DNA of 64,000 bases, from assembly GCA_025934255.1 (NCBI GenBank), contig JAICYJ010000010.1:6379-70378 (forward strand), written 5' to 3'. The notes beneath the pieces are model-generated. The model had not been told where the DNA came from and did not search any database. It was given only the letters and a program-made list of their open reading frames with translations. A program made the translations under genes and the position numbers. The first letter of the stretch is position 1. The number at the start of each line of letters is the position of its first letter. This document shows positions 7,444 through 17,332 of this stretch, piece by piece. This DNA comes from Thermoleophilia bacterium (GTDB lineage: Bacteria > Actinomycetota > Thermoleophilia > Gaiellales > JAICJC01).

Positions 7444-8562
7444 GTGGAGCAGCCTGATGTCCGCCTAGAGCGGGTGACGAAGCAGTTCGGTGACGTGAAG
7501 GCAGTCGACGACCTGTCGCTGTCCTTCGACCGTGGCGGCTTCGTGGCCCTGCTCGGCCCCTCCGGCTGCGGCAAGACCACCACGCTACGGATGATCGGCG
7601 GCTTCGAGGAGCCGACCGCCGGCACCGTCTACCTGGGAGAGCAGGACGTCACCGGCCTGCCCCCCTACAAGCGCGAGGTGAACACCGTCTTCCAGAACTA
7701 CGCGCTGTTCCCGCACATGACCATCTTCGACAACGTCGCGTTCGGCATCCGCCAGCGCGGCGGCGGCTCGAAGCACCAGATCGCGCAGCAGGTGGGCGAG
7801 ATGCTGGAGCTGGTGCAGCTGGCCGGCTTCGAGCGGCGCAAGCCCACGCAGCTGTCCGGCGGCCAGGCGCAGCGCGTGGCGCTGGCCAGGGCGCTCATCA
7901 ACAAGCCGCGGGTGCTGCTGCTGGACGAGCCGCTGGGCGCGCTCGACCTGAAGCTCCGCAAGCAGATGCAGATCGAGCTGAAGCGGATCCAGACCGAGGT
8001 CAACATCACCTTCATCCACGTCACACACGACCAGGAAGAGGCCATGACAATGGCCGACCGGATCGCCGTCATGAACCAGGGTCAGGTCGAGCAGATCGGC
8101 CCTCCCGGCGAGCTCTACGAGCAGCCGCGCACGGCATTCGTGGCCGGGTTCCTGGGTGTCTCCAACATGGTCTGGGCGACCGTCACCGGGCCCGGCACCG
8201 TGCAGCTGCACGAGGGCACCGTCGCCCGCGTGCCCCAGGAGAGCCTGGAGGGCGGGCACAAGGAGCTGCGGATCGGCGTGCGCCCCGAGAAGATGCGGAT
8301 CGTGGCCAACGGCAGCGGAGACGGTGCCGGCGACGCCAACCGGCTCGATGGCACCGTCAAGGACGTCAGCTACATCGGCGTCAGCACCCAGTACATCATC
8401 GAGACCGCGGCCGGCGACGAGCTGACCGTGTTCGCGCAGAACGTGGGCCGGAGCGCGGAGCGTGCCGCGCCCGGCCAGAAGGTTGGTGTGCTGTGGGATC
8501 CCGAGCACACCTTCGTCATCACCGACACCCGAGAAGTACCTACCCTGGAGGAGCAGCTATGA
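7444..8562 (+). CDS. potA: Spermidine/putrescine-type ABC transporter ATPase (PotA family), operon 1
   Basis: Walker A GPSGCGKTT, signature LSGGQAQR, and the PotA-typical LLLDEPLGALDLKLRKQMQIELKRIQ, plus a C-terminal TOBE-like domain. GGGAGGGAG lies 6 nt before GTG 7444. Confidence 0.85.
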   Translation: MEQPDVRLERVTKQFGDVKAVDDLSLSFDRGGFVALLGPSGCGKTTTLRMIGGFEEPTAGTVYLGEQDVTGLPPYKREVNTVFQNYALFPHMTIFDNVAFGIRQRGGGSKHQIAQQVGEMLELVQLAGFERRKPTQLSGGQAQRVALARALINKPRVLLLDEPLGALDLKLRKQMQIELKRIQTEVNITFIHVTHDQEEAMTMADRIAVMNQGQVEQIGPPGELYEQPRTAFVAGFLGVSNMVWATVTGPGTVQLHEGTVARVPQESLEGGHKELRIGVRPEKMRIVANGSGDGAGDANRLDGTVKDVSYIGVSTQYIIETAAGDELTVFAQNVGRSAERAAPGQKVGVLWDPEHTFVITDTREVPTLEEQL

Positions 8563-9818
8563 CCAACGAGCCCAGAGGCTCCCGCGCCGACATCGAGGCC
8601 CTCGCCTTTGCCCGTGGTGCCCTCACCCGGCGCGACTTCATGCGCCGTGTCGGCCTCGCCGGAGGCTCGCTGGCCGCGGCCAACCTGCTGGCCGCCTGCG
8701 GCGGTTCGGTTGGCGGCGCCAGCACCCAGAACCCGGGCTCTTCCGCCGGGGCGGTCAAGTACCCACACACCGTCTCCCCCGACTGGAACTGGTCGAACTG
8801 GACGCTCTACATCGACGAGAAGAACCACCGCCACCCCTCGATCGACATGTTCGACGCCAAGTACAAGACCCACACCAACTACATCGAGGACATCAACGAC
8901 AACGAGGAGTTCTTCGGGAAGTTCCAGGCCACGCTGCAGGCCGGCCAGGACATCGGCCGCGACATGGTCACGCTGACCGACTGGATGGCCGGCAAGTGGG
9001 TGCAGTTCGGCTACGTCGAGCCGCTCGAGTGGGACATCCTGCCCAACGTCAAGTCGAACCTGCTGCCCACCTACCACGGCCGCTCGATCGACCCCAACGA
9101 CGAGTTCCTCGTGCCCTGGCAGTCGGGGCTGACCGGCATCGGCTACAACAGCGAGCTGACCGGCCGCGACCTGACCACCGTCAGCGACCTCTGGGATCCC
9201 AAGTTCAAGGGCAAGGTCAGCCTGCTGACCGAGATGCGCGACACGTTCGGCCTGGTGATGCTGAACCTGGGAATCGACCCGTCAAAGTGCACGACCGCCG
9301 ACGCGCAGAAGGCCCACGACGCGATCAAGCCCTACGTCGACAACGGCCAGATCCGCGCCTTCTACGGCAACGACTACTCGAACCACCTGGCCAACGGCGA
9401 CCTCACGGCCGCGATGGTGTGGTCCGGCGACATGGTGCAGCTGCTGCCCGACAACCCGCACCTCAAGTTCGTCGTGCCGGACGAGGGCTGCATGCTCTGG
9501 ACCGACAACATGATGATCCCCAAGCACGCGAAGAACCCCTACAACGCGCACCTCTGGATGAACTACTACTACCAGCCCAACATCGCGGCGCTGGTGGAGG
9601 ACTGGGTCAACTACATCTGCCCGGTCAACGGCGCGGCCGACGTGCTGAAGGCAGGCGATCCCTCGATCGGCCTGCAGGGCGATCCCAAGGTGGCGGACAA
9701 CCCGCTGATCTTCCCGCCCAAGTCGACGCTGGACAAGGCGCACGTGTTCAAGTCGCTGTCCGCCAGCGAAGAGACCCAGTTCAACACCCTGTTCGCCGAC
9801 CTGACGGGCACCGCCTAA
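8559..9818 (+). CDS. potD: PotD/PotF-family polyamine-binding periplasmic protein with a Tat/lipoprotein-type signal, operon 1
   Basis: ATGA overlap with potA. Signal TRRDFMRRVGLAGGSLAAANLLAACGG. The body is PotD/F-like (…WSNW..YID…). Confidence 0.75.
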   Translation: MTNEPRGSRADIEALAFARGALTRRDFMRRVGLAGGSLAAANLLAACGGSVGGASTQNPGSSAGAVKYPHTVSPDWNWSNWTLYIDEKNHRHPSIDMFDAKYKTHTNYIEDINDNEEFFGKFQATLQAGQDIGRDMVTLTDWMAGKWVQFGYVEPLEWDILPNVKSNLLPTYHGRSIDPNDEFLVPWQSGLTGIGYNSELTGRDLTTVSDLWDPKFKGKVSLLTEMRDTFGLVMLNLGIDPSKCTTADAQKAHDAIKPYVDNGQIRAFYGNDYSNHLANGDLTAAMVWSGDMVQLLPDNPHLKFVVPDEGCMLWTDNMMIPKHAKNPYNAHLWMNYYYQPNIAALVEDWVNYICPVNGAADVLKAGDPSIGLQGDPKVADNPLIFPPKSTLDKAHVFKSLSASEETQFNTLFADLTGTA

Positions 9819-9821
9819 GCG

Positions 9822-10703
9822 ATGTCCAGAGTCACCCGGCTGTTCCGTTCCGCGCCCGCCTATCCCCTGCTGCTGCCTGGCATGGTGTGGCTGGCGATCT
9901 TCTTCTTCGTGCCCATGTACTACCTGCTGGACATGTCCCTGCGCACGGGGAACCTGCTGGACGGCTTCAACCAGGTGTACCGGTTCGCCAACTACGGCGA
10001 CGCGATCCGCGAGAACAAGGAGCAGTTCATCCGCTCGATCATCTACGCCGCCTCGGCCACCGCCCTGGCGTTCTGCATCAGCTACCCGCTGGCCTACGTG
10101 ATCGCGTTCCGCGGCGGCCGGTACAAGAACTTCCTGCTGATGCTGGTGATCGCGCCGTTCTTCACCAACTACCTGATCCGCACGCTGGCCTGGGAGACGA
10201 TCCTGGCCGACCACGGCATCGTCACCAGCACCTTCCGGTCGCTCGGCATCCTGACGGCCACCGACAAGCTCGGGTTCACGTCCGGCCAGCGGCTGCTGGC
10301 AACGCCGCTGGCGGTGGTCACCGGCATCACGTACAACTACCTGCCGTTCATGACGCTGCCGCTCTACGTCAGCCTCGAGAAGATCGACAAACGGCTTCTG
10401 GAGGCCGCGCTCGACCTGTACGCCAACCGTCCGCGGGCGTTCATGAGGGTGACGCTGCCGCTGTCGCTGCCCGGCATCTTCGCCGGCACGCTGCTGACGT
10501 TCATCCCGGCCATCGGTGACTACATCAACGCCTACCTGCTGGGCTCGACCCAGACCACCATGATCGGCAACGTGATCCAGAGCAAGTTCCTGACGTTCAA
10601 CGACTACCCGTCGGCGGCGGCGCTCTCGTTCACCCTGATGGCCGGGATCATGGTGTTCGTGATCATCTACGCCCGCATCCTGGGCACCGAGGACCTGGCC
10701 TGA
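9822..10703 (+). CDS. potB: ABC transporter permease (PotB-like), operon 1
   Basis: Six-TM permease with an EAA-type loop (LLEAALDLYANRPRAFMRVTLPL). Confidence 0.8.
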   Translation: MSRVTRLFRSAPAYPLLLPGMVWLAIFFFVPMYYLLDMSLRTGNLLDGFNQVYRFANYGDAIRENKEQFIRSIIYAASATALAFCISYPLAYVIAFRGGRYKNFLLMLVIAPFFTNYLIRTLAWETILADHGIVTSTFRSLGILTATDKLGFTSGQRLLATPLAVVTGITYNYLPFMTLPLYVSLEKIDKRLLEAALDLYANRPRAFMRVTLPLSLPGIFAGTLLTFIPAIGDYINAYLLGSTQTTMIGNVIQSKFLTFNDYPSAAALSFTLMAGIMVFVIIYARILGTEDLA

Positions 10704-11623
10704 TGGCGGCCGGCACCGAGGTCACGCAGGCCACGGGGGCGCAGCAGGACACGGCGCAGCCCCGCAAGGCGCCCAGCCGTTTCTGGGCCAGGGTCCGCTA
10801 CCAGCTGCTGAACGTCTTCGCGGGCCTGGCATTCCTGTACCTGCTGGTGCCGATCGCGGTCGTCATCCTGTTCAGCTTCAACGACCCGCCGGGCCGGTTC
10901 AACTTCACCTGGCACAAGTTCTCGACCGCCGCCTGGCAGCATCCGTTCGCCACGCCGGGCATCCAGGACGCGGTCGTGCTGTCGCTGAAGATCGCGTTCC
11001 TGTCGACCATCATCGCCACCATCCTGGGCACCCTGATGGCGCTGGCGCTGGCCCGCTACAGCTTCCGCGGGCGCAGCGTCACCAACTTCGTGATCTTCCT
11101 GCCGATGGCCACGCCCGAGATCGTGATGGGCTCGTCGCTCTTGACCCTGTTCATCTCGATCAGCTTCAACCGCGGTTTCACCACCATCCTGATCGCGCAC
11201 ATCATGTTCAACATCAGCTACGTGGTGGTGACGGTGAAGGCGCGCATCTACGGGTTCGACCGCCGCATGGAGGAAGCCGCCATGGACCTCTACGCCAACG
11301 AGTTCACGACGTTCCGCAAGATCACGCTGCCGCTGATCATGCCGGGGGTGCTGGCCGCCGCCATGCTGGCGTTCGCGCTGTCGATCGACGACTTCGTGAT
11401 CACCCAGTTCAACGCCGGGCCCGACATCACGTTCCCGCTGTTCATCTACGGCGCCGCCCGCACCGGCGTACCCGTGCAGGTGAACGTGATCGGCTCGATG
11501 ATCTTCCTGATCGCGATCGGCCTGATGGCCGTGAACATCCTCTACCAGAACTACCGCGGCAAGCGCGACGCGATCGCGATCAGCGGTGCCGTACGCAAGG
11601 CGCAGCTGGCAGAGGCCACCTGA
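10703..11623 (+). CDS. potC: ABC transporter permease (PotC-like), operon 1
   Basis: Permease with EAA loop MEEAAMDLYANEFTTFRKITLPL. Its start overlaps the potB stop. Confidence 0.8.
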   Translation: MAAGTEVTQATGAQQDTAQPRKAPSRFWARVRYQLLNVFAGLAFLYLLVPIAVVILFSFNDPPGRFNFTWHKFSTAAWQHPFATPGIQDAVVLSLKIAFLSTIIATILGTLMALALARYSFRGRSVTNFVIFLPMATPEIVMGSSLLTLFISISFNRGFTTILIAHIMFNISYVVVTVKARIYGFDRRMEEAAMDLYANEFTTFRKITLPLIMPGVLAAAMLAFALSIDDFVITQFNAGPDITFPLFIYGAARTGVPVQVNVIGSMIFLIAIGLMAVNILYQNYRGKRDAIAISGAVRKAQLAEAT

Positions 11624-11630
11624 GGCCGGG

Positions 11631-12026
11631 TCACACCCGCAGGCGCGCGGTGCGGCCGCCGGCCACCACCAGGTAGCTGCCGGGCTCGAGCGCGCCCAGC
11701 GAGACGCGCACCGTCTTTCGCATGGCCAGCTCGATGCAGGCCGTCCCGGGAGGGACGATCGACCCCTCACGCAGGTCGACTGTGATGGTGGTGCCGTGGC
11801 GGGCGACACGCACCGGCGTCAGCCCATAGCAGGCCGGCACGCCACCCCACCAGACGGCCCGCGCGTAGGCGCGGCCACCGCTGACTCCGGCCCGCAGCGC
11901 GACGGCGTGCACCGCGCGTGCCTGCGTGACCTGCACCCCGGCTACCGGCGGCCGCGTCGCGGCCGCGGGGGCCGACCCACACCCGGCCGCGAGCGCTGCC
12001 AGCGTGATCGCGATCACCGTCTTCAT
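11631..12026 (-). CDS. Hypothetical lipoprotein (131 aa)
   Basis: MKTVIAITLAALAAGCGS is a lipobox signal. GC3 codon bias is present. No family was recognised. Confidence 0.55.
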   Translation of the reverse strand: MKTVIAITLAALAAGCGSAPAAATRPPVAGVQVTQARAVHAVALRAGVSGGRAYARAVWWGGVPACYGLTPVRVARHGTTITVDLREGSIVPPGTACIELAMRKTVRVSLGALEPGSYLVVAGGRTARLRV

Positions 12027-12097
12027 GCCCGCTTGGACAGAGGACCGACCGCAACGGTTCCCGGGGTGGCGGTGATTCGGTAGCCTAGGCGCCCCTC

Positions 12098-13219
12098 ATG
12101 AGCGACCAGTCCATCGACTACGACGTCGAGTTCCGGGCCATCACCAAGCGCTTCGGCTCCCTGGTGGCAGTCAACGGCGTCTCGCTGAAGGTGCGCAAGG
12201 GTGAGTTCCTCTCGCTGCTGGGGCCGTCCGGCTGCGGCAAGACCACCTCGCTGCGCATGATCGCCGGCTTCGAGCAGCCCGACGAGGGAGAGCTCCTGAT
12301 CGGCGGTTCCGACGCGGTCGGGATCCCGCCCTACCGCCGCGACGTGAACACCGTGTTCCAGCAGTACGCCCTGTTCCCGCACATGTCGATCCTGGACAAC
12401 GTCTGCTACGGGCTGAAGCAGCGCAAGGTGTCGCGGCGCGAGCGCCGCGCCAAGGCCGGCGAGGCGCTGGAGCTGGTGCAGCTGACCGGCCGCGACTCGC
12501 ACCGGCCGGCGATGCTGTCGGGCGGGCAGCAGCAGCGGGTGGCGCTGGCGCGGGCGCTGGTCATGAACCCCCGGGTGCTGCTGCTGGACGAGCCGCTGGG
12601 CGCCCTCGACCTGAAGCTCCGCAAGGAGATGCAGATCGAGCTGAAGCGGATCCAGGATCAGGTCGGCATCACGTTCATCTACGTCACCCACGACCAGGAG
12701 GAAGCGCTGTCGATGTCCGACCGCGTTGCCGTGATGAGCAACGGGGTGATCGAGCAGCTGGACACGCCGCGCGCCATCTACGACCACCCGCTGACGGCCT
12801 TCGTGGCCGACTTCATCGGCGACATGAACTTCCTCGAGGGCCGCGTCGCCGAGTCGGCCGACGGGGGCTACGCCATCGATGCCGGAGAGGGCGTCGTCGT
12901 CCGCGGCCGCGGCCACCCGGCCGGCGCCGCGATCGTGCGCGTCGGGATCCGCCCCGAACGGATCGTCGTCGAGCGCGGCAACGGATCCGGCACCGCCAAC
13001 AGCGCCCGCTGCGAGGTGCTGACGAAGATGTATCTCGGCGACCAGGTGCAGCTGATCCTGCGCCTGGCGAACGGCAGCGAGTTCGTGGTGCGCGAGCAGC
13101 GCACCAGCGCCGCACCTGCCATCGACAGCCTCGAACCGGGCGACACGGCCACCGCCCGCTGGGATGAGGCGGCTCCGCTGCTGATGGCCGACCTGCAACC
13201 ACAGAAGGATGGCGAATGA
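12098..13219 (+). CDS. potA: Spermidine/putrescine-type ABC transporter ATPase (PotA family), operon 2
   Basis: GPSGCGKTT, LSGGQQQR, and LLLDEPLGALDLKLRKEMQIELKRIQ. About 80 nt are near-identical to operon 1 (7913-7992 versus 12576-12655). A -10-like TAGCCT (12081-12086) sits 11 nt before the ATG. Confidence 0.85.
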   Translation: MSDQSIDYDVEFRAITKRFGSLVAVNGVSLKVRKGEFLSLLGPSGCGKTTSLRMIAGFEQPDEGELLIGGSDAVGIPPYRRDVNTVFQQYALFPHMSILDNVCYGLKQRKVSRRERRAKAGEALELVQLTGRDSHRPAMLSGGQQQRVALARALVMNPRVLLLDEPLGALDLKLRKEMQIELKRIQDQVGITFIYVTHDQEEALSMSDRVAVMSNGVIEQLDTPRAIYDHPLTAFVADFIGDMNFLEGRVAESADGGYAIDAGEGVVVRGRGHPAGAAIVRVGIRPERIVVERGNGSGTANSARCEVLTKMYLGDQVQLILRLANGSEFVVREQRTSAAPAIDSLEPGDTATARWDEAAPLLMADLQPQKDGE

Positions 13220-14442
13220 TCGAGCACGACCCCAAGCTGAACGTCCTCGCTCCCATCGAGATCCGGCCCAGGCTCGACCGCCTGGAACGGCTGGTGCGCC
13301 GCTCCGGCGGCGGGCGCATGACCAGGGCCGAGGCCCTGGGCCTGGCCGGCCTGGCGTTGCTGGCCGCCGCCGGCTGCGGCGGGAAGACCTCGACCGGAGG
13401 CGGCGGCGGAGCCTCGAGCAGCGGCGCCGCCGACCCGCTGGCCGGCAAGCCGATCGAGAGCAACCTCGTCATCTACAACTGGTCGCAGTACGACGACCCC
13501 AGCACGTACAAGAGCTTCAAGACCCAGAACCACGTCGCCATCAAGGAGACGTACTACTCGTCCAACGACGAGCTGCTGGCCAAGCTGCAGGCGGGCGGCA
13601 CCGGCTACGACATCATCGTGCCCAGCCAGAACGCCGTCGGCGAGCTGGTGCAGCTGGGATCGCTGATGAAGCTGGACAAGGCGCTGATCCCGAACGCCTC
13701 GGCCGTGGAGTCGTCCTGGGTGAAGACGGCATACGACCCGACCGGCGACTACAAGGTGGTCAAGGACTTCGGCGTCACCATGTTCTTCTACAACAACACG
13801 ATCGTCACCGAGAAGCCCACCACCATGAAGCAGTTCTACGACCTTTTGCCCAAGTACGGCAGGGTCGGCCGCACCAACCTGATGGACGGCGCCGAAGAGG
13901 TGGTGCCGCTGGCGCTGATGGCGCTCGGCTACGACCCGAACACCGGCGACCCGGCCGAGCTCGACAAGGCCAAGAACTTCCTGCTCTCGATCCGCAGCGG
14001 CGTCACCACGATCGACTCGTCCAACTACATCAACGACGCGTCGGCCGGCAAGATCATCCTCGGGCAGGGCTGGAACGGCGACGTGCGCCGGATCATCTCG
14101 GCACGCAAGAAGCAGGGCGACATCACCGCAGTGCTGCCGCAGGACACGTCCGAGAAGTGGGCCGACAACTGGTGCATCCCCGCCACCGCGCCCGATCCGG
14201 TGGCGGCGCACGCATGGATCAACCACCTCTGCGACCCGGCGGTGGCGGTCACGGAGATGGAGTACCACAACTACCCGATCCCGATTCAGGCGGCGCTCGA
14301 CCAGACGCCGGCGGAGCTGAAGAACGACCCGCTATTCAACGTGCCCACGTCCTACACCGACCACTACAAGTTCATCCTCAACCCCTCGCAGGAGATCGTC
14401 AACGCCCGCACGCAGATCTACACGGCGTTCCAGTCGGCCTGA
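13216..14442 (+). CDS. potD: PotD/PotF-family polyamine-binding lipoprotein, operon 2
   Basis: ATGA overlap with the ATPase gene. Signal LGLAGLALLAAAGCGG, then …LVIYNWSQYDDP…. An alternative start is ATG 13318. Confidence 0.75.
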   Translation: MIEHDPKLNVLAPIEIRPRLDRLERLVRRSGGGRMTRAEALGLAGLALLAAAGCGGKTSTGGGGGASSSGAADPLAGKPIESNLVIYNWSQYDDPSTYKSFKTQNHVAIKETYYSSNDELLAKLQAGGTGYDIIVPSQNAVGELVQLGSLMKLDKALIPNASAVESSWVKTAYDPTGDYKVVKDFGVTMFFYNNTIVTEKPTTMKQFYDLLPKYGRVGRTNLMDGAEEVVPLALMALGYDPNTGDPAELDKAKNFLLSIRSGVTTIDSSNYINDASAGKIILGQGWNGDVRRIISARKKQGDITAVLPQDTSEKWADNWCIPATAPDPVAAHAWINHLCDPAVAVTEMEYHNYPIPIQAALDQTPAELKNDPLFNVPTSYTDHYKFILNPSQEIVNARTQIYTAFQSA

Positions 14443-14448
14443 TCGAAC

Positions 14449-15342
14449 GTGACCTCCGAGACCATCCAGCCCCCGAAGCGGTCCCCGCGTCGGCGGTCGT
14501 TCGCCCCGCGCTACCCGGGCTGGCTGACGGCGCCGTCGCTGATCTACTACATGATCTTCTTCCTGGGACCGCTGGCGATCCTGGTCGTGTTCTCGGTGGC
14601 CACCCAGGCCGGGTTCGGCTCGGTCTCCTACACGTTCAGCACCAGCCAGTTCAAGGCGCTGAACGATCCGCTCTACATCAAGGTGTTCCGCCAGACGATG
14701 CTGATGGCCGCGGGCGGGACGGCGCTCACGATCGCGATCGGCTACCCGGTTGCCTACTGGATGTCGCGCTATCTGACCCGCTACAAGACGCTGGCGCTGC
14801 TGCTCGTGATCGTCCCGTTCTGGACGTCGTTCCTGATCCGCACCTACGCGCTCAAGATCATCCTCGACCCGCAGGGCTACCTGGCCCACTTCGTGGAGTG
14901 GACCGGGATCAGCAGCCAGTTCAACGTGCTCTACACCGGCAAGGCGGTGGCGATCGGCCTCGCCTACAACTACCTGCCGCTGCTGATCCTGCCGGTCTAC
15001 GCCTCGCTGGAGCGGATGGACTGGAAGCTGGTGGAGGCCGCCACCGACCTGGGCGCGAGCCCGTTCAAGGCCTTCCGCCAGATCACCCTGCCGCTGACGC
15101 TGCCGGGGCTGATCACGGGTGCGCTGCTCGTGTTCATCCCGATGTGCGGCGAGTACGTGATCCCCCAGCTGCTGGGCGGCGGCCAGTTCGCGTTCGTGGG
15201 CACCGTCATCGGCAGCAACTTCCTGGGCGCGCAGAACTGGCCGTTCGGATCGGCGATGGCGATCGCTTTCATGGTGCTGCTGTCGATCTTCGTGGTCATC
15301 TACATCGCCTTCGCCACCCGCGAGGAGCAGTTCGGTGCCTAG
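14449..15342 (+). CDS. potB: ABC transporter permease (PotB-like), operon 2
   Basis: Polytopic permease with EAA loop LVEAATDLGASPFKAFRQITLPL. Confidence 0.8.
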   Translation: MTSETIQPPKRSPRRRSFAPRYPGWLTAPSLIYYMIFFLGPLAILVVFSVATQAGFGSVSYTFSTSQFKALNDPLYIKVFRQTMLMAAGGTALTIAIGYPVAYWMSRYLTRYKTLALLLVIVPFWTSFLIRTYALKIILDPQGYLAHFVEWTGISSQFNVLYTGKAVAIGLAYNYLPLLILPVYASLERMDWKLVEAATDLGASPFKAFRQITLPLTLPGLITGALLVFIPMCGEYVIPQLLGGGQFAFVGTVIGSNFLGAQNWPFGSAMAIAFMVLLSIFVVIYIAFATREEQFGA

Positions 15343-16246
15343 CGCCGGCACGCCCCGCCGCTCCCGGCACCGGTTCGGCAAGCGCATGTTCACCGGCTGG
15401 GCGGTGCTGGTCTACCTGGTCCTGTACCTGCCGATCGTGGTGGTCGTGATCTTCGCCTTCAACCAGCCGACGAGCGTTCCCCAGGGCGCCAGCCCCTGCA
15501 GTGTCGACCCCTCCCGGATGGGCAACGTGACGGTCTGGAACGGCGGCACCACCTGCTGGTTCCACACCGCGCTCAACGACCCAACCTACGTGCCCGCGGT
15601 CAAGACCAGCTTCTGGATCGCGTTTCGCGCATCGCTGATCGCGACCGTGCTGGGCACCGCCGCGGCGCTCTCGCTGGCGCGGATGAAGAAGCGCTGGCGG
15701 GTGCCCTTCGACGTGCTCGTGTACCTGACCCTGGTGGTGCCCGAGATCGTGATCGCGGTGGCATCGCTGATCTTCTTCGTGCAGGCGCACAACAACCTCA
15801 GCATCTTCCCGACGCTGGGAGAGTCCACCATCCTGCTCGGCCAGATCGTGTTCAGCGCCTCGCTGGTGATGCTGATCGTGCGCGCCCGCTTCGTGGGCAT
15901 GGGCAGCTCGCTGGAGGAGGCCAGCTTCGATCTCGGCGGCGGCCCGATCGCGACCTTCCGGCAGGTGACGCTGCCACGGCTGCTGCCGGCCGTGATCGCC
16001 GGCGCGCTGCTCTCGTTCACGTTCTCGTTCGACGACTACGTGCTGCCGGCGTTCACGAACGGCACCGTCAACACCTGGCCGATCGTGGTCTACTCCGCCG
16101 TCCGCTTCGGGGTGACGCCGGCCGTGAACGCCCTCGCCACGGTGATGCTGGTGGTGACCGTGACCCTGATCCTGATCACCGGCCTGGTGCTGCGGCGCTC
16201 GGGCGCCAGCGACCTCACGGGCGCGCCACCGCCCACCATTCCGTAA
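15335..16246 (+). CDS. potC: ABC transporter permease (PotC-like), operon 2
   Basis: EAA loop LEEASFDLGGGPIATFRQVTLPRL. The GTG start overlaps the upstream stop. Confidence 0.8.
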   Translation: MPSAGTPRRSRHRFGKRMFTGWAVLVYLVLYLPIVVVVIFAFNQPTSVPQGASPCSVDPSRMGNVTVWNGGTTCWFHTALNDPTYVPAVKTSFWIAFRASLIATVLGTAAALSLARMKKRWRVPFDVLVYLTLVVPEIVIAVASLIFFVQAHNNLSIFPTLGESTILLGQIVFSASLVMLIVRARFVGMGSSLEEASFDLGGGPIATFRQVTLPRLLPAVIAGALLSFTFSFDDYVLPAFTNGTVNTWPIVVYSAVRFGVTPAVNALATVMLVVTVTLILITGLVLRRSGASDLTGAPPPTIP

Positions 16247-16282
16247 CCGGAGCGCGCCTGCTGCTGGCTATACTCGCCCGTC

Positions 16283-17332
16283 GTGCGACTCTTCGGCGAG
16301 CATGAGCAGATCGTGGTCTGCACTGACCGCGACAGCGGGCTTCGCGCGATCATCGCAGTCCACGACACGACGCTTGGCCCGGGCCTGGGCGGGATCCGGA
16401 TGTGGACGTACGCCAGCGACGAGGCGGCGCTGACCGACGTGCTGCGGCTGTCGGAGGGGATGACCTACAAGAACGCGCTGGCAGGCCTCGATCTGGGTGG
16501 CGGCAAGACGGTGGTGGTGGGCGACCCCCGCACCGACAAGACGCCCGAGCAGTTCCAGGCGCTGGGCGGATTCATCGACCGGCTGGGCGGCGCCTACCTT
16601 GCAGCCGAGGACGTCGGCACCACCACCCAGGACGCCGAGCAGGTGCGCACCCGCACGCGCTACATCACGGGCCTGCCGGTCGAGCAGGGCGGCTCCGGCG
16701 ACCCGTCGCCGATGACCGCCTGGGGCGTGTTCTGCGGGATCCGCGCGGCGCTGGCGGAGGCCGGGCTGGGAGCCACCTACGACGGCGTCCACGTCGCCGT
16801 ACAGGGCGCGGGCCACGTCGGTGCCGCGCTCGTCCGCCATCTGCTCGATGCCGGCGCCACCGTCACCGTCGCCGACATCCACGCCGACCGGCTGGAGCCG
16901 CTGCAGGAACTGGGCGCGGCGGTGGTCCCGGCCGAGCAGATCCATCAGGTCGAATGCGACGTCTACTCACCCTGCGCGCTGGGCGCGGTGATCCGGCCCG
17001 AGACGATTGGGCGGCTGCGGTGCCGGGTGATCGCGGGGGCGGCCAACAACCAGCTGTCCGACGCCGCGATGGGCGACGAGCTGAAGCAGCGCGGCCTGGT
17101 CTACGCGCCGGACTTCGCGATCAACGCCGGCGGCGTGATCAACATCGGCGAGGAGCTGGGCGGCCGGGTGTACGACGCGGAGCGGGCGCGGCAGAGCGTC
17201 GAGCGGATCGAGCAGACGCTGGGAGACGTGTTCGAGCGGTCGCGGCGCGAGGGCGTGGCGCCTCACCGGGCCGCCGAGCAGATGGCCCGGGACCGCATCA
17301 GCGCGGCCAGGGTCGCCACCGCCACCCGGTGA
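16283..17332 (+). CDS. Leucine/valine/phenylalanine dehydrogenase (Glu/Leu/Phe/Val dehydrogenase family)
   Basis: …AIIAVHDTTLGPGLGGIRMW.Y…KNALAGLDLGGGKTVV… plus the NAD-binding VAVQGAGHVG. A -10-like TATACT (16269-16274) sits 8 nt before GTG 16283. Confidence 0.85.
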   Translation: MRLFGEHEQIVVCTDRDSGLRAIIAVHDTTLGPGLGGIRMWTYASDEAALTDVLRLSEGMTYKNALAGLDLGGGKTVVVGDPRTDKTPEQFQALGGFIDRLGGAYLAAEDVGTTTQDAEQVRTRTRYITGLPVEQGGSGDPSPMTAWGVFCGIRAALAEAGLGATYDGVHVAVQGAGHVGAALVRHLLDAGATVTVADIHADRLEPLQELGAAVVPAEQIHQVECDVYSPCALGAVIRPETIGRLRCRVIAGAANNQLSDAAMGDELKQRGLVYAPDFAINAGGVINIGEELGGRVYDAERARQSVERIEQTLGDVFERSRREGVAPHRAAEQMARDRISAARVATATR

